From positions 1-64,000 of the forward strand of contig CAYFJV010000001.1 in the NCBI GenBank assembly GCA_964343575.1: 64,000 nt of DNA, written 5' to 3'. Both the position numbers and the translations under genes were made by a program. The stretch comes from an uncultured Methanosarcinales archaeon. Lineage in GTDB: Archaea; Nanobdellota; Nanobdellia; Woesearchaeales; GW2011-AR9. Of this stretch, positions 11,877-19,987 are shown piece after piece. Positions within the stretch are counted from its first letter, which is position 1. Each line of letters begins with the position of its first letter. Under the pieces are notes generated by a model that did no database searches, was not told the origin of the DNA, and saw nothing but the letters and a program-made list of their open reading frames with translations.

Positions 11877-12562
11877 CTGATGCAATTCAATTAAAGGTAG
11901 TTAACAGTACTGGTGATGTTGCTGGACATGATGGAAAACAATGGTTTTACACTGATAAGGTAAAAGATCACTTTTTTCATCCTAAAAATATTTTCAAGAG
12001 TCAGGAAGAAGCTGCTGAGTATGCAAAGATTGCAAGTGGCATTGGTTTGGTAGGAAGCCCAGCTTGCGGTGATGGGATGAAGATGTTTATCAAAGTTGAT
12101 CCTGCTAGCGAAAAGATTGTTGAGTGTAAATGGCAAACCTATGGCTGTGGAACTGCAATCGCTTCAACTTCAGCTTTTTCTGTAATGATCACAGCAAATG
12201 GTGGGATGACTATTGAGCAGGCTTTGGCAGTAAAACCAAAAGATATTGCAAATTATTTGGGTGGGATTCCTCCAAGGAAGTTTCACTGTAGTGTACTTGC
12301 AGATAAGGCGCTTAAAGAGGCAGTGAACGATTATTTTGAGAAAACTGGTCAGTCCGATCGCATTACTGTTGGAAAAGCTAAAATTGTTGATAAAGTCTTG
12401 AAAATCACTGATCATGATATTGAACATGCGGTGCTTGAAGGAGCTCTTACTTTTGAAGCAGTGCAGAAGAAGACCAAGGTTGGTGTGCATGATAAAGAAT
12501 GTATTCCAAAAGTTAAAGAATTGATTGAGTACTACCAGAAAAAGTACTTTGGAGATGATTAG
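11873..12562 (+). CDS. iscU: Fe-S scaffold IscU/NifU-N with degenerate BFD-like domain
   Basis: GSPACGD, TYGCGTAIAS and KFHCSVLA (three scaffold Cys). The C-terminal part has the NifU BFD layout with only one Cys. Confidence 0.9.
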   Translation: MTDAIQLKVVNSTGDVAGHDGKQWFYTDKVKDHFFHPKNIFKSQEEAAEYAKIASGIGLVGSPACGDGMKMFIKVDPASEKIVECKWQTYGCGTAIASTSAFSVMITANGGMTIEQALAVKPKDIANYLGGIPPRKFHCSVLADKALKEAVNDYFEKTGQSDRITVGKAKIVDKVLKITDHDIEHAVLEGALTFEAVQKKTKVGVHDKECIPKVKELIEYYQKKYFGDD

Positions 12563-12599
12563 TTCTTGAGTGGTTAGGGTATTGTTGTGAGGATTAAAA

Positions 12600-13223
12600 A
12601 TGGAAGCTGAAAATCAAAAACGTGAAGGGCAAGAAGTTGCTCAAAAGGAAGTTCAAGAGAAGTCTGCAGTGGGAGCAAATGTAGAAGGTCCTATCAGTAG
12701 AGATACTACTATTGGCGATATCATTCAGCAGTATCCAAGTGTTGTTGATATTTTAATGGCAACTGGCGTACACTGTGTTGGTTGTCACGTTGCTGCCTGG
12801 GAACGTCTTGAAGATGGTTTGAAGGGCCATGGAAAAACTGATGCTGAGATTGATGCACTGATCAATGAGCTGAACGGAGCGCTTGCTGCAGAGAAAGTAG
12901 TTGGTGATGAAGAGTTTACTATTACTGAGAAGGCTCTTGCTGAGATTAAAGCTAACATGAAGGAAGGACATTATCTTCGTGTACAAGTAGTTTCTGGCGG
13001 ATGTGCTGGGAAGAGTTATGGTTTGAGCCTTGAAGATGAGAAGAAAGATGATGACGAGCTTTTTGAGATCGAAGGAGTTCGAGTTATTTGCGATCCACAA
13101 TCTTTCAAGTTGATTAAAGGGACCAAGTTGGATTATTTGGATACTTTTGAAGAGAAAGGTTTTCGTTTTGTGAATCCTAACGCTAAAAGTGGTTGTGGCT
13201 GTGGGAAGAGTTTTGGGGCTTAA
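12600..13223 (+). CDS. iscA: DUF1858-HesB/IscA fusion (A-type Fe-S carrier)
   Basis: N-terminal GVHCVGC..E.LEDG..GHG; C-terminal SGGCAG and NPNAKSGCGCGKSF. Confidence 0.9.
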   Translation: MEAENQKREGQEVAQKEVQEKSAVGANVEGPISRDTTIGDIIQQYPSVVDILMATGVHCVGCHVAAWERLEDGLKGHGKTDAEIDALINELNGALAAEKVVGDEEFTITEKALAEIKANMKEGHYLRVQVVSGGCAGKSYGLSLEDEKKDDDELFEIEGVRVICDPQSFKLIKGTKLDYLDTFEEKGFRFVNPNAKSGCGCGKSFGA

Positions 13224-13299
13224 TGGTTCTTATTTTTCTTTATTTGTTTATCAATCTGTCCATAAATTTATATAAAATACGCAGTTTTCAAGAGAATTA

Positions 13300-14004
13300 G
13301 TGGAAAATAAGACTGATTGGTCCTTAGCCATTTTTTTTGGGATTGTAGGAACTGTACTTTTGCCCGTTATCTTTGGTCCTCTTGCGATCTACTTTGGGTT
13401 GAGAGCTAAGAAGAGAGGGTTTGAAAGAGCGGGAACGGTGAGTGTTATACTTGGAATTGTTGCTCTACTTTTGATGTTGTTCTCTTCCATGGTTGTTACC
13501 TCTTTAGCACTTCCTTTTTTAGGACCTTTGCTTGGTACCTCTTATCCAGTTACTGTCGCACTTTCTGAAAGTATGGAGCATGGTTTGCACAATGGTGAAA
13601 TTTGTGGGCAGATGTTTAGTTCTTTCTCTGGAAGCTTTGAGGATTGGTGGGGTGTTTGTGGTCACTGGTATGAAGAGATTGGAATTGGGAGAACTGATTT
13701 TGAAGAGTTTCCTTTAAAGGATGGTTTTAACAAAGGAGATCTTCTCTTAGCAAAGGGCGTTTCTTATGAAGAACTACAAGTTGGTGAAGTTGTTTTGGTT
13801 GAAAATCAAAGAGGCCTTGTCTCACATAGGATTGTCAAAAAATATCAAGAGAATGGAATTAATTACATCCATACCAAAGGAGACCATAATAAAGAGAGTA
13901 TTGGTGGAACCTTGGGTGAAATGGAAATTTCTGAAGACCAAATTGTTGGTAAGGTGATGAGTGTTGTTCCGAAAGTAGGTCTGCTTAAAGCTTGGTTCAC
14001 TTGA
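13300..14004 (+). CDS. membrane protein with S26 signal peptidase I-like domain
   Basis: N-terminal TM helices; SESMEH, HRIV and TKGDHN motifs. Confidence 0.7.
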   Translation: MENKTDWSLAIFFGIVGTVLLPVIFGPLAIYFGLRAKKRGFERAGTVSVILGIVALLLMLFSSMVVTSLALPFLGPLLGTSYPVTVALSESMEHGLHNGEICGQMFSSFSGSFEDWWGVCGHWYEEIGIGRTDFEEFPLKDGFNKGDLLLAKGVSYEELQVGEVVLVENQRGLVSHRIVKKYQENGINYIHTKGDHNKESIGGTLGEMEISEDQIVGKVMSVVPKVGLLKAWFT

Positions 14005-14067
14005 TTTTTGATTAATTGATAATGTGTAACAACAAGCTTTAAATATTTCTTTATCCTCTATTTTTTC

Positions 14068-15552
14068 ATGAAAATTAGTTTAAGTTCTGAAGATGTTAAA
14101 AACACAAAAGCAGACCTCATCGCAGTACCTGTCTATGAGGGAGAAACGAGCAACGCACACTTACGAAAGCTAGGTCTTGGCCTGGAAGAACAATTACATC
14201 ACCTCTTGAAACGCAAAGAGTTCAAAGGGAGTTTTGCACAACTTCGTGTGCTTTCCACCCTTCGTGTGAAAGCCCCCCATCATATTCTTCTCGTTGGTTT
14301 GGGAAAGAAGAAGGAATTTACTGAAGAGAAATTTCGCCGAGTGGTTGCTGCTGCCCATAGGAAGGTTAAGGGTCTTGGTGTGAAAAGTTATTTGTCTTTG
14401 CTTCTTGGAGTTGGTCCTGCTGCTCTTGAGCGAAGTGTCTATGTTGCAAGTGAGTCCATGTGGCTTTCAGAGTATTCTTTTGATACCTTTAAGACGGTGA
14501 AAAAGGATGAGATTAAACATGTTGCTGAGGCAAGCTTGTGGCTCAAAGAAAAGAGTTCTGCACTTACAAAGGCTTTGAAACGAGCGCAGATTGTTTCATC
14601 CGCTACTAATTACTCTCGCGACCTTGTGAACATGCCACCAAACATTGTTTTTCCTGCTTACCTTGCTAAGGAAGCTAAGAAGCTTGGGAGCAAGCACAAG
14701 GATCTGAAAGTTACTGTTTTTGGTATGAAGGAGCTTATCAAGATGGGTTGTGGCGGAATTCTTGCTGTTGGCAAGGGAAGTGCTCGTGAGCCTAAGATGA
14801 TCATCCTTGATTACAATCCAAAAGGAGCTAAGGGATCACTTGCTGTGATTGGAAAAGGTATTACTTTTGATTCTGGTGGATTGAATATTAAGCCTGGAGC
14901 TTACATGGGTACTATGAAGTGTGATATGTCTGGAAGTGCGGTAAGTATTGGGGTTGTGAAGGCTGCTGCTGAGTTGGGAATTAAGAAGCGAGTAATTGGT
15001 GTGATGGCTTGCGCCGAAAACATGCCTTCTGAGCGAAGTTACCGTCCTGATGACATCATTAAGATGTATTCAGGTAAGTTTGTTGAGATTGGTAATACTG
15101 ATGCAGAGGGTAGAATGTGCTTAGCTGATGCGCTTGCCTACACTGAGAAAAAGATTAAACCTGATGTAATGATTAACTTTGCAACTTTGACTGGTGCTTG
15201 TGTTGTTGCTCTTGGTTATCACACTGCCGGGATGATGACAACAGATGATAAACTTGCTGGAGCATTCTATGCTGCCGGTGAGCGCTCAGGAGATCGTGTT
15301 TGGAGATTGCCTCTTTGGGAAGATTACAAAAAACATATGGATAGTCCAGTTGCTGATGTCTCTAACATTTCTGATGGTCGTAGTGCTGGAGCAATAACTG
15401 CTGGAATCTTTTTACAGCACTTTGTTGAGAAAACACCTTGGGTGCATTTTGATATTGCAGCAACTGCTTATTTGAAAAAGCAGAAATTCTATAATCCGAA
15501 GCATGGAACTGGCGCAGGTGTTCGGCTTGTGATGGAGTACTTGGGTGTTTAG
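14068..15552 (+). CDS. pepA: leucyl aminopeptidase (M17)
   Basis: GKGITFDSGG, MKCDMSG, NTDAEGR, ATLTGA and HFDIA. Confidence 0.95.
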   Translation: MKISLSSEDVKNTKADLIAVPVYEGETSNAHLRKLGLGLEEQLHHLLKRKEFKGSFAQLRVLSTLRVKAPHHILLVGLGKKKEFTEEKFRRVVAAAHRKVKGLGVKSYLSLLLGVGPAALERSVYVASESMWLSEYSFDTFKTVKKDEIKHVAEASLWLKEKSSALTKALKRAQIVSSATNYSRDLVNMPPNIVFPAYLAKEAKKLGSKHKDLKVTVFGMKELIKMGCGGILAVGKGSAREPKMIILDYNPKGAKGSLAVIGKGITFDSGGLNIKPGAYMGTMKCDMSGSAVSIGVVKAAAELGIKKRVIGVMACAENMPSERSYRPDDIIKMYSGKFVEIGNTDAEGRMCLADALAYTEKKIKPDVMINFATLTGACVVALGYHTAGMMTTDDKLAGAFYAAGERSGDRVWRLPLWEDYKKHMDSPVADVSNISDGRSAGAITAGIFLQHFVEKTPWVHFDIAATAYLKKQKFYNPKHGTGAGVRLVMEYLGV

Positions 15553-15666
15553 TTTTTTTCCTTGTTGTTATTTTTGATTTTATTTTTTATTATTTCCTAT
15601 TTTGTTCTTCTCTTCTTTTTTCCATCTCCAAAACATTTAAGAGCAGGTTTTTCTTTCCTCTCTTGT

Positions 15667-15867
15667 ATGGGAAGCGGTAGACTCAAAAAAGGTGTACAGA
15701 TTTTGTTCTTAGCGCTTGCTTATGGGGTTGTGATCTGGGCGCTTTCTTGGCAAAAGGTTGCGGTAAGTTCTTGGCATTTAGTTGTAGTTTTTGTGGTAAC
15801 CATTGTGTTTTTAGCTGAGATCTTGGGTTATGATTTAGAGTTTCCAGTTATTTTGAGAAAGCGATAA
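15667..15867 (+). CDS. small two-TM membrane protein
   Basis: Hydrophobic ORF; TATA-like TTTAAGAG upstream of ATG 15667. Confidence 0.55.
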   Translation: MGSGRLKKGVQILFLALAYGVVIWALSWQKVAVSSWHLVVVFVVTIVFLAEILGYDLEFPVILRKR

Positions 15868-15881
15868 GTTGGGTTTGGTAA

Positions 15882-16073
15882 ATGGCAAAGAGAAAAGGAA
15901 GTAAAGTGAAAGAAAGTTTTGCTCGAGGCGAGGGTGACTATTTGCCTTTGGGTTCTTGTACTTTGATGGGTGCTTTGAGTGGCTCTTTGCTTGCTGGTCC
16001 TTTGGGAGCACTTGTTTGTGGTGGGATCGGTGCTTATGTTGATGTCAAGGACAAGCGTCGAGGGAAGAAGTAG
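15882..16073 (+). CDS. small glycine-zipper-like membrane protein
   Basis: GALSGSLLAGPLGALVCGGIGA with basic termini. Confidence 0.6.
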   Translation: MAKRKGSKVKESFARGEGDYLPLGSCTLMGALSGSLLAGPLGALVCGGIGAYVDVKDKRRGKK

Positions 16074-16104
16074 GTTTTGTTTTGGCTTTGTTTAATCTTG
16101 AAGA

Positions 16105-16833
16105 TTATTTTAGTGGCTTTCCAATCTGCCACATTGCATCAAAATAGTTTTTGAAACCTTTTGCTGTTTCTTTGTTTTTGATTCTTACAACCATCGCTTC
16201 ATTTTCACTGATGAGACCAAGAGCGATTGTGTCTCCATAGACAAAATAGCCGCAACGAGAGACAAAGCTTTTTGGAAGAACCCTAATATCTTCTTTTTTC
16301 ATAATCCTAGTGAGTTCTTCGATACCTTCAACATTTGGTTGTACTGTCTTAATCTTCATCTTCTTCATTTTGTTCTGGATGAATCCTTTTGAGAAGTGAA
16401 GTGCTTTGAAGAAGAAAAATCCTCCACCTACCCAATAAGCTGTTTCTTTTGTTTGCAGGGCTTCTTCTACTAATCCTTTGGCTGATTCCAGGCCGGCTAG
16501 AACTTCAATCTCTATACCTTCCCCCCTTTCTTCATAAACCTTAGAAAGGGTTGGAAGAATACTCTCTAGAATCTCTTTTTTCTCATCGATAAAAACTCTG
16601 AGACTCTTTGGATTTCTTGCTTGGAATATTTGGACGCCTTCCTTCTTTTTTGAACTTGCTAGGCCCTTCCTAATAAGAATGTTAAGATTGTCGTAGATGG
16701 TTCTTCTGTGTACTTGTGTTTCTTTTGCTAATCTTACTGCTGAAGCTCCCTTAAGCTTGATGAGCGCTAGGTAGATCTTAGCCTCTGTTTCTGAGAGGCC
16801 AAAACGTTGAAGCGATTCTTGCAATTTGAGCAT
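16105..16833 (-). CDS. TrmB family transcriptional regulator
   Basis: FGLSETEAKIYLALIK..LAKETQVHRRTIYDNLNILIRKGL; C-terminal YFDAMW. Confidence 0.88.
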   Translation of the reverse strand: MLKLQESLQRFGLSETEAKIYLALIKLKGASAVRLAKETQVHRRTIYDNLNILIRKGLASSKKKEGVQIFQARNPKSLRVFIDEKKEILESILPTLSKVYEERGEGIEIEVLAGLESAKGLVEEALQTKETAYWVGGGFFFFKALHFSKGFIQNKMKKMKIKTVQPNVEGIEELTRIMKKEDIRVLPKSFVSRCGYFVYGDTIALGLISENEAMVVRIKNKETAKGFKNYFDAMWQIGKPLK

Positions 16834-16930
16834 GGGTGTTAGTTTTTTTGCTTCTTTATAAGATTTGCTCGCTTGGTGTGGGTTCTCCCACACGTCAACT
16901 TAAGTATCTGAATCTGAAACTGGCTCTCTT

Positions 16931-18271
16931 ATGAGTGTGATCTACATCTATTTGGGTTTATATGTGCTACTTTTGCTAAGCATTGCTCTGTATGTTGCCC
17001 GAAAAGAGAACAAAGAAGACTTTTTAATTAGCAATCGTGATCGTGCTGGTTGGCAGATTCTTCTTTCAAAGTTTGCTGGATCTATTGGAGCAACTTGGTT
17101 TATAACTTACACTGCTTTTGCTTTTGAGTACGGTCTTGCCATTTATGGTATTCTTTTTGGTTTTGTTCTAGGTTATTTCTCTTTTGCTTACTGGGCAGCG
17201 CCCCGTATCTATGAGTATTCTAGGGAGAAGAAATTTTATACCCAAAGTGACTTTGTTCTACATGCAACTGGAAGCCGTAGAGCAAGCGATTTTGCAACAA
17301 TAATTACTATTCTCATGCAGTTTTTATGGTTACTTACGGGGGTTGTTGCAGGTTCGCAGGTTATAGCTTATTTTGATCTGCTTTCCTACGAATTTGCTCT
17401 TGTTTTGACTTTGTCTGTAATCTTATTGTATACTTTTATTGCAGGATTTAAGGCAGTTGTTATTACTGATATTTTTCAGTCAATTATTATCTTCCTTTTG
17501 CTTGTTGGACTCTCTTTTGTTATCTTTGGTGGAAACTCTTTTGGAGAGATACTCTCTGTTGAAACAGAATCTCTTGGAGTGGGAACACTTCTTGGATTTT
17601 TGATCTATGGTTCGGTGTCTGTTTTTGCTTTGGCTGATCGTTATCAACTTTGTTATGCAGCAAAGGATTTGAAATCTCTGAAAAGAGGGATGGGTTTTGC
17701 TATTGGACCACTTCTTGTTGCAGCTTTCTTTTTAGTCTTGATTGGTCTTTTTGTTCGAGGACAAAACCCTGGCCTTGATCCGGGGGTAGTGTTTATTTTT
17801 GCCTTAGAGAGTTTCTTGCCCCTTGCTCTTCTCCCTCTTGCGGTAGTGCTTTTCTTTGCCGGGCTTATGAGCTCTGCTGATACCTCTGTCTTTGCTATCG
17901 CTTCTCATTATACTTTCTTGAAGAAGAAGAGGATGTCTGTTTCTGCAATTCGCCTTTATACTGCTGGAACTTTGCTTCTTGTGCTTGTTTTTGCCTATTT
18001 TGTTCGTGATGTTGTGGCACTTACCGTTTTTGCAGCAGCTTTTGGTGTTACGCTTTCTTTGCCTATGATGTACCTTATTTCTGGAGGGAGAAGATCTGGC
18101 ATGTTCTTTTCTTCTCTTCTTGGAAGTTTGTTTGGACTTCTCTTAGCAGTCTTGCTTATTGGTGTTGATCCTGCTATTTTACTTCCTGTTGTCTTTGGTG
18201 GCGGCTTTGGTTTGGTGTTTGATATGCTGAGGGTGAAATTTTTCTTAGCAAAACCAAGAAAACCAAGTTGA
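16931..18271 (+). CDS. sodium:solute symporter (SSS/PutP-like)
   Basis: About 13 TM helices; EDFLISNR, GFKAVVITDIFQ and LMSSADTS. Confidence 0.88.
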   Translation: MSVIYIYLGLYVLLLLSIALYVARKENKEDFLISNRDRAGWQILLSKFAGSIGATWFITYTAFAFEYGLAIYGILFGFVLGYFSFAYWAAPRIYEYSREKKFYTQSDFVLHATGSRRASDFATIITILMQFLWLLTGVVAGSQVIAYFDLLSYEFALVLTLSVILLYTFIAGFKAVVITDIFQSIIIFLLLVGLSFVIFGGNSFGEILSVETESLGVGTLLGFLIYGSVSVFALADRYQLCYAAKDLKSLKRGMGFAIGPLLVAAFFLVLIGLFVRGQNPGLDPGVVFIFALESFLPLALLPLAVVLFFAGLMSSADTSVFAIASHYTFLKKKRMSVSAIRLYTAGTLLLVLVFAYFVRDVVALTVFAAAFGVTLSLPMMYLISGGRRSGMFFSSLLGSLFGLLLAVLLIGVDPAILLPVVFGGGFGLVFDMLRVKFFLAKPRKPS

Positions 18272-18285
18272 GCTGTGTGCTGACT

Positions 18286-18675
18286 ATGAATGATGAAATC
18301 TGGGAGGAAGTTTATAGGGCTAGATTTGATAATTTGCTTGTTTGTCTAGAACTTGTCTATGATCGCTCTTCATCTTGTGGGCAAGGGGAACTTGTAAACT
18401 CTTTGGAAGCTTTGCTTGATTCTTTTTTATTACGAGAGGAAGATGAAGAGAAAAGTGAAGAGAGAAGGAAGAAGAAAGGAGAATATCGGGTTTTTTCCTT
18501 TCTTAAAAGAAGAGAACTTGGGTTGAGCCAGAAGAAAGTTTCAGAAGAAATAGGGATTTCACAGACGGCATTCTCTCGTTTTGAATCAGGTCGCTCTGAT
18601 CCTTTTAGAATGAGTAATAATGAAAACGCAGAGAAATATATTGGATGGTTGCGTGAAAAAGGTTATGGTGAGTAA
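18286..18675 (+). CDS. XRE-family HTH domain protein
   Basis: RRELGLSQKKVSEEIGISQTAFSRFESG. Confidence 0.75.
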   Translation: MNDEIWEEVYRARFDNLLVCLELVYDRSSSCGQGELVNSLEALLDSFLLREEDEEKSEERRKKKGEYRVFSFLKRRELGLSQKKVSEEIGISQTAFSRFESGRSDPFRMSNNENAEKYIGWLREKGYGE

Positions 18676-19032
18676 TCACCTCCCTTGTATGGTGATGCTG
18701 CTTGCAATGATTTCTTTCTCACCTTTGTAGGTTTCAACAGTTCCACTTAGTTCTATGTAATCTCCTTCGTGAATGTAAATGTCTTGATCTTTGAATACAA
18801 CTACTGGAGTTTCTTCTATTTTTTGATTCGCAATGGTAAGAAAAGCTACAGTATCTTGCTGTGAGACTTCAAGGACAGTCCCTTGAATGTTTACTGTAGC
18901 ATCATCTGCTGTCGTTTGTAACTGTTCGTGAGAAATCGGCTCAAGATTGAGTTCTCCTGAGTAAAGTAAGAGCACGCATAAGCCAAGCAAGCTTATGCTT
19001 ATGCATACTCTTAGGAGGTGTTGTTCATTCAT
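18676..19032 (-). CDS. membrane-anchored OB-fold protein
   Basis: N-terminal TM, then VNIQGTV..VVVF..GDYIELSGTVETYKGEKEII. Confidence 0.75.
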   Translation of the reverse strand: MNEQHLLRVCISISLLGLCVLLLYSGELNLEPISHEQLQTTADDATVNIQGTVLEVSQQDTVAFLTIANQKIEETPVVVFKDQDIYIHEGDYIELSGTVETYKGEKEIIASSITIQGR

Positions 19033-19191
19033 GAGTTGTGTTTACCTACATTTTGTTCAAAACAAATATATAAACTCTTCTATTTTTCGGTCTTTAAAAG
19101 AGTTATTTTAACATTTTCGGAAGATTTCCGTTAACTTTTTGTAAGGTTCTTCAAAGAATTTATATAGTTCGGCTACTTTTTGGTTTTTAAG

Positions 19192-19371
19192 ATGTCTCAG
19201 AATAGAAAGCAGGAAATTGTGGATTTACTCTTCCAGTTGGAGAGTAGAATCAGACCACTGCAATGGGACTTTAATCGTGGGCAGATAAATCCATTCAAAG
19301 CAAAGGAGCTTGAGCGTTTGAGCGCAGAGCGAAGTTCTTTGCAAGAAGAGTTAACAGGTCTTGATGGCTAA
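19192..19371 (+). CDS. small helical hypothetical protein
   Basis: ATG about 25 nt after TTTATATA; coiled-coil-like sequence. Confidence 0.6.
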   Translation: MSQNRKQEIVDLLFQLESRIRPLQWDFNRGQINPFKAKELERLSAERSSLQEELTGLDG

Positions 19372-19482
19372 ATGATACTTGAAAATAATCTCTTGGTAAA
19401 CTGGATCTCTGTTCTTGAAGTCGCTAGTGGTACTTTTGAGTAGTGTGAACTTTTCTGATTTTAGTGAGGATTTGGTGAAGAA

Positions 19483-19890
19483 ATGCCTTTAGCAACTGTT
19501 CCTACAAAAAAAAGTGTGGCTAAATTAATTACTTCTATTGAGAAAGATTCCTTGCGTAAGGATGCTAAGGATTTACTTGGGTTGTTTAAGAGAATTACAG
19601 GTAGAAAACCAGTTATTTGGGGAGATAACTTTATCATTGGCTTTGGCAAGTATAGATATAAGCGTAAGGGAAGTAAGGAAGAATTAGAGTGGTTTAATTG
19701 TGGCTTTGCTCCTCGTAAAGATAAATTAACTTTGTATTTAACCTGTTATTTAGACAAAGAACCTTTGGTGAAGAAGTTAGGAAAGTGTAAGTATGGCAAA
19801 GGTTGTTTGCACATTCGCAAGCTTGAGGATGTTGATCTTAAGGTTTTGGAGAAGCTGATTTCTAAGTATAAGGATGCTGCTTGGTTTTAA
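19483..19890 (+). CDS. DUF1801 family protein
   Basis: PVIWG..IIGFGKY.Y..GFAPRK..LTLYL..LGK...GKGCL. Confidence 0.88.
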   Translation: MPLATVPTKKSVAKLITSIEKDSLRKDAKDLLGLFKRITGRKPVIWGDNFIIGFGKYRYKRKGSKEELEWFNCGFAPRKDKLTLYLTCYLDKEPLVKKLGKCKYGKGCLHIRKLEDVDLKVLEKLISKYKDAAWF

Positions 19891-19987
19891 TTTATTTTGC
19901 TTATTTCTACCTCTTTTTTCTGATTTGTGTGCTTCTCGTGTCACTTCTGGCATAATCTTTATATAACTCAGATTTCACCTGATTTGC

